Origin: an uncultured Planctomycetota bacterium
GTDB lineage: Bacteria > Planctomycetota > Planctomycetia > Gemmatales > Gemmataceae
Direction: 5' to 3'
NCBI GenBank assembly: GCA_963849325.1
Contig: CAWKHF010000010.1
Coordinates: 160,001-224,000, forward strand
Length of the DNA stretch: 64,000 nt
In this document: piece by piece, positions 1 through 11,303 of the stretch
Layout: the number at the start of each line of letters is the position of its first letter
How positions within the stretch are numbered: the first letter of the stretch is position 1
Made by a program: the position numbers and the translations under genes
The notes under the pieces: generated by a model
What the model saw: only the letters and a program-made list of their open reading frames with translations
What the model was told of the DNA's origin: nothing
Databases searched by the model: none

Positions 1-628
1 AACGTGTTCAATCGGATCGATTTCAAGAAGTCCATCGACGACAAGGCCAACGCCCCGGCCCGCAAGGCGCTCGATCAAGATGTTCCTCAGTCCGCTGGAT
101 CCCATTCCGTCGGTGAAGGCGGAATGGGGCGCGACCAATTATCTCTTCAACGATCAGGTATTCTTCCTCAACTCCAAGATCGAAATCTCCGTTGACGATC
201 CTGGACGGCACGAGCAACACCGTCATGACCGGTGAGACGCTCAAGGGCGACGGCAAGACCAAGGCGGTCGACGTCCGCCGCCAGTATGTGCTGCTGAAGA
301 AAGAAGAGTCTGAAGGGCGTCGGGGCCGACACCGGCGTGAAGTATTTCAAGGACGACAAGAACATCGCCGGCGATCGCTGCGCCAGTTGGATGGACGGCC
401 GTTTCCTGCAAGGCACCTTCAACGGCCGGCTGCGGATCAACGATCGAACGACCCGACGTCAGTTGCGGCGGCGTTAGCGGCGTCTCTTCCCTGCGCAGCT
501 TCGAGTCCTTTGTAGTCATCGGCATGTGCGACGGAAGTGTGCGCATCGTCAGTAACAGTGTTTCACATGACACGTGGAAGACCGTCCTGACGCCCAGTGC
601 CGGCGACCAACCCGGTGCCGATTGGTGA
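1..628 (+). CDS. DUF1559-family protein, C-terminal part (5' end outside window, frameshifted)
   Basis: Joined frames give TILDGTSNTVMTGE...ASWMDG...VVIGMCDGSVRIVSNSVSHDTW...GADW*; DGTSNT and DGSVR are typical DUF1559 motifs; TGA at 626-628. Confidence 0.75.
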
Positions 629-635
629 GCCGCTG

Positions 636-710
636 TTCCCGTTTAGCCGCGACGCGCAGCGGAGCGCGGTAGCGTCCCGCGCTCCGCTGCGCGTCGCGGC
701 TAAACGGGAA
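636..710. repeat. REPIN-like palindrome, family A copy 1
   Basis: TTCCCGTTTAGCCGCGACGCGCAGCGGAGCGCGG-7 nt-exact reverse complement, between convergent genes. Confidence 0.9.
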
Positions 711-2655
711 TTATCCCACCGTCGAAGGATCCAATCCAATCAATTGCAGCGCCTGGCGTTTGAAATCGGCCGCCAACTGCCGGATCAACTCATCCACTTC
801 CTGACAGCCGCCCCGCCAATCCTCGTCGGACATGCCGGCGGGGCGCGGCGGCGAGCACGCTTCGAGGTACATCTTCGCCTTCGGCTCGGTGCCGCTGGGC
901 CGCAGGACGACGCGCGCCTGTTCGCCGCAGCGGAAGACCAGCACGTTGCGCGAGGCGGCGTCGGTCGCGCCCTTGAGGGGCCCGAAGCGGCCTTGCTCGT
1001 CGCGCAGGTCCTCGACGGCGGTCACGGCCAGGCCGGCGATCTGCCGCGGCGGCGTCGCGCGCAGGCGGTCCAGCATGCGTGCCATCTGCTGCTTGCCCTC
1101 CAGGCCGCGCATGAACACCGACACGCCTTCGTTGCGGAAATAGCCGAACTCGCGGGACAGCCGTTCCAGGTAATCGAGCACCGTCTGGCCGCGGCGCTTC
1201 TGGTCGAGGGCCAGCTCCGCCAGCAGCAGGGCGGCCCCGGCCGCGTCCTTGTCGCGGATGTGCGGCGTCACCAGGATGCCGTGGCTCTCCTCCACGGCGA
1301 TGACGAAATCGTCCGGCGTGCCGGTCACGTCCTCGTAAGCGCCCTCGTCGCTCCAGGTGCCATAGCACATCGGCGATGTACTTGAAGCCGACCAGCAGAT
1401 CGTCGACGACCTGCGCCTTGAAGTGGCGGGCGATGCGCGTGACCTGGCCGGTCGTGACCTCGGTGCGGACGACGATCGGCGACGGCGGCAAGCCGGCCCT
1501 GCTGCGTCAGCTTGTTCAGCTTGAAGTGCGTCAGCAGGGCGGCGATCTCGTTGCCGGTGAGGACGTGCCAGTTGGCCGGTTCGGTCGGGGACCATCGCGC
1601 CGAGGCGGTCGGCGTCGGGGTCGGTGGCCAGCACCAGGTCGGCGCTTGTGCGCGCGGGCCGTGGCCGCGGCGCGGTCCATCGACTCGGGCACTTCCGGGT
1701 TCGGCGTCTTGGTGACGTTGGGGAACTGGCCGTCGGGCGTCATCTGCTCGGCGACCGGCACGACGCGGAAGCCCTGGCCGACGAGCGTCTCCATCGCGGT
1801 CAGCGCGCCGACGCCGTGCAGCGGCGTGAAGACGACCTTGAAGTCGTCGAGCTTCGGCGGCGGCACCAGGCTCTGCTTGCGGCACAGGTCGATGTAGGCG
1901 CGGTGCGGCGCCTCGTCGAGGAAGTGGAGCCGGCCGCGAGCGCTGCGCCTCGGGCCACGGCAGCGACTTGATGACCGTGCACCTGATCGACGAGGTCGGC
2001 CATGATCTGGTCGTCGGGCGGCACCGGCTGGCCGCCGCGCTCGTCGTAGAACTTGCCGCCGTTGTCGTCGGGCGGGTTGTGCGAGGCGGAGAGTTCAGGC
2101 CGCCGTGCGCCTGCAGGTAGCGGATGGTGAAGGACAGCTCCGGCGTGGCGAGGTAGTGCTTGCTGTCCGGCGGCAGGATGTGGGCGTGAATGCCGTTGGC
2201 GGCGTAGACGCCGGCGGCGTGCTGGGCCAGGTCGCGCGAGGACAGGTGCAGCACCGGGTTGGGCAGCGCCGGGTTGTACTGCCGGCGCTGGTCCTCGAAC
2301 TGGCGCACGTCGTAGGCGAGGACGACGCGCAGCGGCTCGACGCCGGGAAAACGCTCCTTGCAGATATTCGCAATGTCCCTGAACGGAGGCGCGCGAGCGT
2401 CCAGAGGTTCATGCGGTTGGGGCCGATGCCGACGGCGCCGCGCCGGCCGCCGGTGCCGAAGGGCAGGATCTGATAGAAGCGGTCGAGCAGGCCCGCCCAC
2501 TGCTTCGACTCGATGAGCCATTGCAGCTGGGGGCGGTAGGGGGCGAAGTCCGTTTCGGTCAGCCACTGTCGTAAGAACTTCAGCGCCTGGTCCTTCAGGG
2601 CGGCGTCCGCTTCGATCCCCCGGAAGCCCTCGGTGGCCTGGGCCAGCAACTCCAT
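711..2655 (-). CDS. pgm: Phosphoglucomutase/phosphomannomutase family protein (frameshifted)
   Basis: PFGTGGRRG, ATPELSF, SHNPPDDNG, TPLHGVG, ATDPDADRLG, EESHG, RDKDA and RPSGTEPKAKMY across ORFs 2095-2655, 1531-1866, 790-1491 and 711-1634. Confidence 0.9.
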
Positions 2656-2773
2656 AATGCAACCTCATCCTGAAGATACGGTTCCGGTCGAATCCGTCGA
2701 AATGGTACTCGACAGAGCAGAGAGAGGGAAGAGAGAGTGAAGGACGCTGCGGCGCCGCAGCGGATTGGGGTAT

Positions 2774-2807
2774 TTTCGTTAGCCCAGCCCTGGCTGAGCT
2801 AACGAAA
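2774..2807. repeat. Intergenic hairpin
   Basis: TTTCGTTAGC-CCAGCCCTGGCTGA-GCTAACGAAA in the divergent intergenic region. Confidence 0.6.
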
Positions 2808-2956
2808 CCAACCCCCTACTCCCCGGATCAACGCACGCACCCGCAGGGTGTTACCTCCGCCAAAAATGCTTGACTCTGCCGCTACGGTGGGATAGCAGTA
2901 AGGAGATAGCCCTCCCGCCTCGTCCGCCGCCTCCCCGCCGTGCGAAAGGATGCGTT

Positions 2957-4594
2957 ATGTTCCCCTCCTGCACGCCTCTTCGTCTCCCGCTCGTTCTCTG
3001 CCTGACGGCACTGTCGCCGATGATGGCCTCCGCACAGACCTCTCTGCACCAGCGCATCGACCAGGTTCTCGCCGCGGGGCAAGCCGACTTCACCCGGCGC
3101 GCGGCCGGACCTGCCTCCGACGCCGAGTTCCTCCGCCGCCTTTCTCTCGACCTGACCGGCACCCTCCCCACGACGACCCAGGCGCGTGACTTCCTCAAGG
3201 ACCGCTCGGCCAACAAACGGCAAGCGCTGATCGATCGTCTGCTGGCCGGCCCGGAGCACGCCCGTCATCTGGCCACTGTACTCGACGTCATGCTCATGGA
3301 GCGCCGACCGGACAAGCACGTGCCTCATGCGGCGTGGCTCGAATATCTCCGAACCGCCGTGGCGGCGAATCGGCCGTGGGACGAGTTGGTGCGCGAAATC
3401 CTTTCCGCCAATGGCGCCGACGCCAAACAGCGGCCGGCGGCGAAATTCTACCTCGACCGCGACGCCGAACCCAACCTGCTGACGCGCGACATCAGCCGCC
3501 TGTTCCTGGGCACCAACCTGCAATGCTGTCAGTGCCACGACCATCCGCGCATCGACGATTACAAGCAGCTCCATTATTACGGCCTGTTCGCCTTCGTCAG
3601 CCGCAGCTCGGTCGTCGTCGATCCGAAGCGGAAGCTGGCCGTGCTGTCCGAGAAGGCCGACGGCGCCGTGACGTTTCAATCGGTCTTCGACCCGGCCAAG
3701 GTGACGAAAAGCACCGGGCCGCGCCTGCCGGAGAAACCGCCGCTCAAGGAACCGGCCGTCGAGAAGGGCAAGGAGTACGTCGTCGCCCCGGCCCCCGGTG
3801 TGCCGGCCGTGCCGCGCTACAGTCGCCGCGCCTTGCTCGGCCCGGAACTGGCCCGCGCCGACAATGAGTCGTTCAAACGCAACATCGCCAACCGTCTCTG
3901 GGCGTTGATGATGGGCCGTGGCCTGGTGCATCCGCTCGACCTCGATCATTCGGCCAACCCGCCTTCGCATCCGGAATTGTTGACAATGTTGGCCGACGAC
4001 ATTGCCGCTCGCAAGTTCGACATGCGCGGCTTCCTCCGCGAGCTGGCCCTCAGTCAGACGTATCAGCGTTCGAGCGTGCCGCCCCCTAGCGTCAAGGAAG
4101 CGGCGCCAACGAGCTACACCGTCGCCCTGCTCAAGCCGCTGACGCCGGAGCAACTGGCCTGGAGTTTCATGCAGGCAACCGGCCTGACCGACGCCGAGCG
4201 TCAGGCACTGGGCAAGAACGCCACGGAGGCGACGCTGTACGCGCGGCTGGCCGGCAACGTGACGCCGTTCGTGCGGACGTTCGGCGGTTCGGCCGGCAAA
4301 GCGGAGGAGTTCGACGCCCGACTTGAACAGGCGTTGTTCCTGGCCAACGGGCCGACCGTGCGCGGCTGGCTGTCGCCGCGGCCCGGTAATTTGATCGACC
4401 GCCTGGCGCGGCTGACGAACACGGATGCCGTGGCGGAGGAGCTGTATCTGAGTGTGTTCACACGCTGGCCCGGCGTCGAGGAGCGCAAGGAGGTCGCCGT
4501 CTTCCTGGCGAGTCATCCACAAGATCGCACGGCGGCGCTGCAAGACATGGCCTGGGCTCTGCTGGCGTCGGCGGAGTTTCGCTTCAATCATTGA
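2957..4594 (+). CDS. DUF1549/DUF1553 domain secreted protein
   Basis: Signal peptide; DAEFLRRLSLDLTGTLPT, LQCCQCHDHP, NRLWALMMGRGLV, PSHPELL, WALLASAEFRFNH. Confidence 0.9.
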   Translation: MFPSCTPLRLPLVLCLTALSPMMASAQTSLHQRIDQVLAAGQADFTRRAAGPASDAEFLRRLSLDLTGTLPTTTQARDFLKDRSANKRQALIDRLLAGPEHARHLATVLDVMLMERRPDKHVPHAAWLEYLRTAVAANRPWDELVREILSANGADAKQRPAAKFYLDRDAEPNLLTRDISRLFLGTNLQCCQCHDHPRIDDYKQLHYYGLFAFVSRSSVVVDPKRKLAVLSEKADGAVTFQSVFDPAKVTKSTGPRLPEKPPLKEPAVEKGKEYVVAPAPGVPAVPRYSRRALLGPELARADNESFKRNIANRLWALMMGRGLVHPLDLDHSANPPSHPELLTMLADDIAARKFDMRGFLRELALSQTYQRSSVPPPSVKEAAPTSYTVALLKPLTPEQLAWSFMQATGLTDAERQALGKNATEATLYARLAGNVTPFVRTFGGSAGKAEEFDARLEQALFLANGPTVRGWLSPRPGNLIDRLARLTNTDAVAEELYLSVFTRWPGVEERKEVAVFLASHPQDRTAALQDMAWALLASAEFRFNH

Positions 4595-4625
4595 CACTCG
4601 GCTCGCCCGATGCGGAGAGAATTCT

Positions 4626-5915
4626 ATGTGGTGCTCCTACGCTTGCGATTCGGCGGACCATCTGCTTTCCCGTCGGCATTTCCTCGCCAGCATGGCGACG
4701 GGGGCGCTCGAGGCGCTGTCGCTGGGTTCGTTCGTCCGGCCGGCGTTCGCCCGTGAACTGGACAGGCAACAGAAGCGTGTTCTCATGATCTGGCTTCACG
4801 GCGGGGCGAGTCAGCTCGAAACATGGGACCCCAAGCCCGGCACGAGCACTGGCGGGCCGTTCCAGGCCATCCCGACGTCGGTGCCCGGCATCCACATTTG
4901 CGAGCTGCTGCCGTACACCGCGAAGCAGATGCACCATCTCGCCCTCATTCGCGGTCTCAACACCGCCGAGGACGATCACGGCAAGGGCGCTTACATCATG
5001 CACACTGGCCGGCGGCAGGAGCCGGCGATGAAGTGGCCGCACCTCGGCTCGGTGTGCGCCAAGCTGCTCGGCGACGGCGACAATCCGCTACCCGGCTACA
5101 TCCACATCACGCCGCGCGGCAACGGCGGCGTCAACAGCGAGGACGCCGCCTTCCTCGGCCCGCGCTACGCCTCCGTGTCCCTGAGCGATGGCCACGCTCC
5201 GGCCAACCTCGACCGCCCGCCGGCGCTCAGTGAAATCGCCGACCGTCAGCGGCACCAGTTCCGCATGAACGCCGACGAGCGTTTCCGCCGCTCGCGCCGC
5301 ACGGCCCAGACCGAGGCGTACACCCACTCTTACGATCAGGCCGCCCAGCTCATGCGTCGGCGCGATCTTTTCGACATCGCCAAGGAGCCGCCGGCCGTGG
5401 TTGATCGCTACGGCCGGCACGACTTCGGACGGCACTGCCTGATGGCCCGCCGTCTGCTCGAAGGCGGCGCCACCTTCGTCAAGGTGGCCCACTCCAACTA
5501 CGACACGCACCACGAAAACTTCGACTTCCACATCGAGCAGCTCGGCGAGTTCGATCGACCGTTCGCCACGCTGCTCGACGACCTGCGCGAGCGTGGTCTG
5601 CTGTCCAGTACGCTGGTCGTCGTCCTGTCGGAGTTCGGCCGGACGCCGCGGATCAATCGCAATTACGGCCGCGATCACTGGTCGCGCGCCTGGTCAATCG
5701 CCCTGGCCGGCTGCGGCATCAAGGGCGGCTCCGTCAGCGGCAAGACCAACGCCGAGGGCACCGCCGTCACCGATCGACAGGTCCACGGCGGCCACCTGTT
5801 CCATACCTACCTCCGTGCTCTCGGCTTCGACTCGAAGAAGAACTTCTACGTCGAGCAGCGGCCCATCGCCATCGCCGATCCGAAGGCCGCCCCCGTCACG
5901 GAGGTGCTGGCATGA
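4626..5915 (+). CDS. DUF1501 domain protein
   Basis: Tat-like SRRHFL; WLHGGASQLETWDPKP, CLMARRLLEGG, YDTH, SEFGRTPRIN, GRDHW. Confidence 0.9.
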   Translation: MWCSYACDSADHLLSRRHFLASMATGALEALSLGSFVRPAFARELDRQQKRVLMIWLHGGASQLETWDPKPGTSTGGPFQAIPTSVPGIHICELLPYTAKQMHHLALIRGLNTAEDDHGKGAYIMHTGRRQEPAMKWPHLGSVCAKLLGDGDNPLPGYIHITPRGNGGVNSEDAAFLGPRYASVSLSDGHAPANLDRPPALSEIADRQRHQFRMNADERFRRSRRTAQTEAYTHSYDQAAQLMRRRDLFDIAKEPPAVVDRYGRHDFGRHCLMARRLLEGGATFVKVAHSNYDTHHENFDFHIEQLGEFDRPFATLLDDLRERGLLSSTLVVVLSEFGRTPRINRNYGRDHWSRAWSIALAGCGIKGGSVSGKTNAEGTAVTDRQVHGGHLFHTYLRALGFDSKKNFYVEQRPIAIADPKAAPVTEVLA

Positions 5916-6929
5916 CTCCCGCCCCGGCCGCGAAGATCGACCCAACCAAGACGCATCCAATCCAGGAGCACAAGCACACCAGTCCGCTGCTGGGCTGCAG
6001 GCTCGCCCCGTCCGGGCGATTCGTCTTCGCGGGCGCCCAGGACAACGCCGTGATTCGCTGGCACCTCGACGGCGGCAAGAAGACGCTGCTGACGGGCCAC
6101 AAGAGCTGGGTGCGTACACTGGCCTTCGCGGCGAAGGAGAAGCTCCTGTTCTCCGGCGACTACGCTGGCCGCGTACACGTTTGGCCGGTGGATAGCGAGC
6201 AGCCGACGGTGCTGCGCACCATCGAAGCGCACCGCGGTTGGGTCCGCGCCCTGGCCGTCAGTCCCGACGGCCAGACGCTCGCCTCATGCGGCAACGATCA
6301 CCTCGTCAAACTCTGGTCGGTCCCCGACGGCAAGCTCGTCCGCGAGCTGGCGGGCCACGCCTGCCACGTTTACAACACCGCCTTCCACCCCGACGGCAAA
6401 CTCCTGGTCTCCGCCGACCTCAAGGGCGTCGTCAAGGTGTGGGGCTTGGCGAAAGGCGAGGTCGACGCGGGAGCTGGACGCGAAGATCCTCTACAAATAC
6501 GATCCGTCTTTCCTGGCGGACATCGGCGGCGTGCGCGGTATGGCGTTCAACTCGGATGGCTCGCTGCTGGCTTGCTCCGGCATCACGGACGTGAGCAACG
6601 CCTTCGCCGGCGTCGGCAAGCCGCTCGTCGTACTGTTCGACTGGGCGACGGGCAAGACGAAGCAGTTGTTGCGTCCGAAGGCGAACTTCCAGGGCACCGC
6701 CTGGGGTGTGATCGTTCATCCGGCCGGCTTCGTCGCCGGCGTCGGCGGCGGCAACGGCGGCGCCCTGTGGTTCTGGAAGCCCGACAGTGCTCAGGACTTC
6801 TTCGCCCTGGCCCTTCCCAACAACGCGCGCGACCTCGACCTGCACCCCGATGGCCGGCGCCTGGCCGTGGCCTTCTTCGATGGTGCTGTCCGTATCTATG
6901 GCATGGAAGCGAACGCCGCTGCCAAGTAA
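5912..6929 (+). CDS. WD40-repeat protein (frameshift near 6465)
   Basis: GHKSWVRTLAF, AHRGWVRALAVSPDG...VKLW, GHACHVYNTAFHPDG; continues in ORF 6531-6929; start overlaps the DUF1501 stop. Confidence 0.85.
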
Positions 6930-7147
6930 GGGTCGGTTGCCCAAGCCGTTTGCGGTTTGGCGAGGCTGCGGAAACGCTAAGTAATGAAAAAATGATGATA
7001 ATGAAAAATGGATCTTGAAGTCTTCATTCTCCCTTGTTACCATCGCCTTTTCTTGGGAAAGAGGATAATGGTGCAGTTACTCCTGAGCACAATTGCCATG
7101 GAGTGCACCTATGTCCCGTCCAATCACCGACAACAATTCTGAAAACT

Positions 7148-7407
7148 CATGCTGCCACTGCGCCATGCGCCATGCGCCACTTCGCCATGCGCCATGCGCA
7201 TGCCACTGCGCCATGCGCCATGCGCCATGCGCCATGCGCCATGCGCCATGCGCCATGCGCCATCGCGCCATGCGCCAGTGCGCCATGCGCCATGTCCTGC
7301 CATGCGCCATGCGCCATGCGCCATGGCGCCACTGCGCCATGCGCCATGCGCCATGCGCCATGCGCCACTCGCGCCATGCGCCATGCGCCATGCGCCATGC
7401 GCCATGC
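7148..7407. repeat. Tandem heptamer array (GCGCCAT)n, ~36 imperfect units
   Basis: Directly visible; gives MRHAPCA/MAHGAWR in all frames. Confidence 0.95.
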
Positions 7408-7495
7408 AGTGGGGTTACGCCCTTTCCCGTCTGCCTTAACCGTAAAGTTCCCCGTCGATTCCCTCGCCCCAGGATGTCTCAGAAGAGGAGATGCC

Positions 7496-7825
7496 ATGCG
7501 TAGACAGCTCGCCGCGATGTTGCGCTGCTTGGCCCTGTTGCTGGACCCGGCGTCTGGCGGAGTCCAGTTCGCCACGCAAGGAAACACGGTCCCGTCTGGA
7601 GGACCGGGGCGCGGGTCGTACCTATGGTATGGTCCGGACGATCCCAGTTCGACCGGGCTGTGGAGTGACCCGTTGATGTGGTCGCCCAAAGACGGGTCCG
7701 GTCCCCAACCCTGCGCCTTGGTGACGTTGGGTTCCTCGTTGGAAGTGATGAAATCGGCGACCGACGAGAGCACGGTGGACAAAGCCGAGGAGGCGAGGGA
7801 CGAAGGGCCGAAGCCGCAGGCGTAG
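7496..7825 (+). CDS. Hypothetical protein (109 aa)
   Basis: GAGGAG just upstream of the ATG; no recognisable motif. Confidence 0.3.
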   Translation: MRRQLAAMLRCLALLLDPASGGVQFATQGNTVPSGGPGRGSYLWYGPDDPSSTGLWSDPLMWSPKDGSGPQPCALVTLGSSLEVMKSATDESTVDKAEEARDEGPKPQA

Positions 7826-7871
7826 GTATCGCACCGAGGTTTGCTGACGATCATTCGAGGGAGGAAGCATC

Positions 7872-9297
7872 ATGTTGTCCATTCGGGTTGTTGGCCTGCG
7901 CACCTGTGCGGGCTCGCTATGCGGCGCGATGATGCTGGTGTGCGCCGCGCCGGCGTGGGCCGATCCCAAGCCGCTGACCAAGGAGGAACAGGCCAAGGTC
8001 GATCGGGCCATTGATCGCGCCGTTGCGCTCTTGAAACGTGCCGCAGACAAAACAAGGAGACTGGCCCCGATACTGGCCAACCCAGCATCTCGTCGGTCAA
8101 TGCGCTCTGCCGGCTTACGCGCTGTTGGAAGCTGGCGTACCGGCCGACGATCCGGTCATCCAGAAGGCCGCTGACTTTCTCCGCGCGCTGGTCCTCGCCA
8201 ACGATCGGACCTACGAAGTCTCGCTGGCCCTTCTCTTCTTTGATCGTCTCGGCGATGCCAAGGACAAGCCGCTGATCCGGACTCTGGCCTTGCGGTTGAT
8301 CGCCGGGCAGCATGTGACGGGGGGATGGAATTACGGCTGCATCCGCATGGGAAAGGAGAGAGAGGACGTTCTGTTCAAGGCATTGGTGGAGTTGAACAAG
8401 CGGCAGGAAGCGGGGGGCAAATTGACGATCAAATTCTTGAAGGATCTCCATCTTCCGACCTCGGTACGCGCTCTGGCTGTGTTCCGCGATCCGAGTCAGT
8501 TGCCTTGGCAGGATCCGCCGGATTCCGAGGTCAATATGCGTGTCGTTCCCATCGTGGGCACGACGGACAACTCGAATACGCAGTTCGCCATGCTGGGGTT
8601 GTGGGCGGCCCAGCGGCATGATGTGCCGGTCGGCCCCACGTTCCGCCTGATGGTCGAACGCTTCGAGAGAACGCAAAAGCCCAATGGCTGGTGGATGTAT
8701 CTTCTCGATCGGAATCGTGGGAAGCCAGATAACCATCATCCTTCAATGATCTGTGTTGGCTTGCTTGGTTTGGCTATCGGCCGTGGGCTGAAGTCCACGA
8801 CGCCTGGAGCGTTGCGGTCGGACAAGGTAGACCTCCCGGTTATTGCAGGTCTTGCGGCTCTCAGTCAAGATATTGGTGTCGCGGCCGCCGGTTTGGGCGA
8901 TATCGCATGTCGAGGCCCGTATTATCTGTGGTCGGTTGAGCGTGTGGCGATGCTCTACAATCTACCGACCATCGGTGATAAGGACTGGTATCGTTGGGGA
9001 GCGGGGATCCTCGTTACCAGTCAGAGGCCAAGCGGAGAGTGGAGGGCTTTCTCGGTTAGCATCAACGGCCTACCCACGGTTAACCACGGTCCCATCGTGA
9101 ATACGTCTTTTGCCTTGTTGTTTCTCAAACGCTCGCATCCCATGAAGGAATTGACGCCAAAGTTACTCTTCACCGCTAAGGAACTGAATCAGGGGGTCGC
9201 TCGATTGCTAGTGGATAAGAAACTCGCAGGACAGACAGGAGCAATTTCGAGGGAAAGCAAGACCCTTGAAAGTCCAAGCAAGGTCCGTGATCCCTGA
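7872..9297 (+). CDS. Secreted prenyltransferase/squalene-oxidase-repeat-like (alpha-alpha toroid) protein (frameshift near 8040)
   Basis: Signal peptide ending AWA; AIDRAVALLK, Q..GGWNY, DNSNTQFAMLGLWAA, YYLWSVERVA, Q.PSGEW, TSFALLFL. Confidence 0.65.
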
Positions 9298-9470
9298 ACG
9301 ATCCAATCGCTCAGGTTAATGGATAGTCCATTCATTACTCCGCGTTCGACGCGAAGCCGAAGATACTCTGCGCGTTGTCGATGCCGATGCCGAGCGATCA
9401 GGCGGATGGCGGAGACCATGCAAACTCTGGAGAGTTGGTGCATCGCTTCTATTCTTAAAGGAGGTCTTCT

Positions 9471-11139
9471 ATGTGGTCCATGCTCACACGTTTGCGCGAG
9501 AAGTTTTTGCCGAGCATCCCGCCAAGGACTGTTCGCCGTGCATCCTGGTACTTCCGCCCCCATTTGGAAGCTCTGGAAGACCGTCTGGTGCCCGATGCCG
9601 TCACCTTCACGGGCGGTGGTAACGGCACCAGTTGGAACGATCCCGATAACTGGGTCGATCTCAATAACGGTGCAAATGTTGTGCCCGGAGCGTCGGACGA
9701 TGCGTCCATCCTCATTGCCGCTACCGTCGTTATCTCTGGGGCGGCCGCTAACGTCAACAGCCTGGTCACCCTTCCCGGCAGCGTCCTCACGGTCACGGCC
9801 GGCAATCAACTGACGATCAACAACAACGTGCCGGGCACCACCTCCAGTCCGTTGGCGGGATCGGTCATCGATCTGGGCCGCATCGTCGCCAACACCAGCG
9901 ACCCCCTCAACGGCACCGGCGTCGTCTTCGGCGGCGGCGCCGTCATCGGACCCGGAGACCTCAACGGCAACCTCGACGCCGGACCCAACTCCTCCATCAC
10001 CTTTGCGCCCACCAACACCGGCGAATTCGTCGCCGGTGCCACCTTTGGTCTCGGCACCGGCAACATCATCATCGCCGGTCCCGTCCAGGTGGACGGCACC
10101 CTCGATGACAACACCGCCACCCTGAACGTCGTCACCGGCGGCACCCTCATGTCGGCCCCCGGCTCCACGGCAGGCGCGGTCAACGAGAATGCCACCTGCA
10201 ACTGGACGGGCGGCTTCATCGCCCTGGCCGGCGGCTTCAACGTCGGTTCGTCGGGCAGTCTTACCGCCAGCGGCCCCGACACGAAGTATCTCGCGGGCCC
10301 TCTGAGCAACCAGAGCGCTTTCACCAGCCTGGGCGGGGCCGGACCCTTGTTTCTGGCCAGTTCTACCGCGTCCATCAGCAACGTCGTGGGCCACATGACC
10401 CTGTCGCTACCCCTGATCGCTGGCGTCGTTGGCAGCGGCGGCATCAGCAACTCTCCTCTGGGCACCCTTGAGGCGGCCCCGCCGGACGGTGCGCCGAATC
10501 ATCCTCTCCCCGTTCACCAACAACGGCAATCTGACAGTGGACGGCGGCGTCAATCTGACGCTGGTGGGCGGCACCGACCCAAGCGGCGCTTCGACGGTGG
10601 CCCTGGATGGCGTGATGCAGTTGATGGGCAACCTGACTCTGCAAGGTCCGATCGATTCGCCGACGGGGTTCGTGGAGGACGCCGCCCCCGGCTTCATCGT
10701 GGTCGGCGACCTCCATGCCGGTAACCCCAGCGTGCTGACGGTGGGCGCCGGTGCCGTCGCCAGCGTCAACGGCAACCTGGAGGTGACCTACCTCGGCACG
10801 CTGACGGGAGGAGGCGAGGTCATCAATGGCGGCCGGCTGCAATTGGACGCGGTCAGCAGCACGGCGGGTCTGGGTTCGTACCAGCAGCTGTCCGAGGGCA
10901 CGCTGGCCGTGGATGAACTGCCGGAGGAGTTTCCCACGGTGCTGGCCGTCACCGGCACGGCGCAATTGTCGGGCAACCTCATCCTGCTGAATTACACGCC
11001 GGTGGTGGGAGATGCCTTCACGGTGGTGACGGCGGGAGCTGTCAGCGGTCACTTCGATACGATCCCCGATGGTATGGAAGAGACCGATGGCCCCACCTCC
11101 GTGACAGTCACGCAAGTCAACCCGCCAGCCGGCCAGTGA
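9471..11139 (+). CDS. LEPR-XLL (planctomycete extracellular) Gly/Thr/Asn-rich surface protein (frameshift near 10495)
   Basis: RPHLEALEDRLVP motif; WNDPDNW; beta-helix-like GTLTV repeats; C-terminal part in ORF 10429-11139. Confidence 0.75.
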
Positions 11140-11303
11140 ATCGTTGACCGCGCGGCGTGCGATGTCTGCCCAAGTCGCTTGCGACTTCGTACAGCGGCGC
11201 ATAGAAAAGGTACTTAGAAATTCGGCCGTGAGGAATTTCGATACCTCTTTTACGCTCCGCTGTATCAGGTCGCAAGCGGGGAGGAGATGCGCGAGGATAC
11301 ACC

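Noticed and set aside
7148-7407. CRISPR array
   Set aside because: No unique spacers, 7-nt unit, no cas genes; the REPIN copies are dispersed, not arrayed
7034-7503. MRHAPCA/MAHGAWR repeat proteins
   Set aside because: Translation by-products of a stop-free heptamer array, open in all six frames
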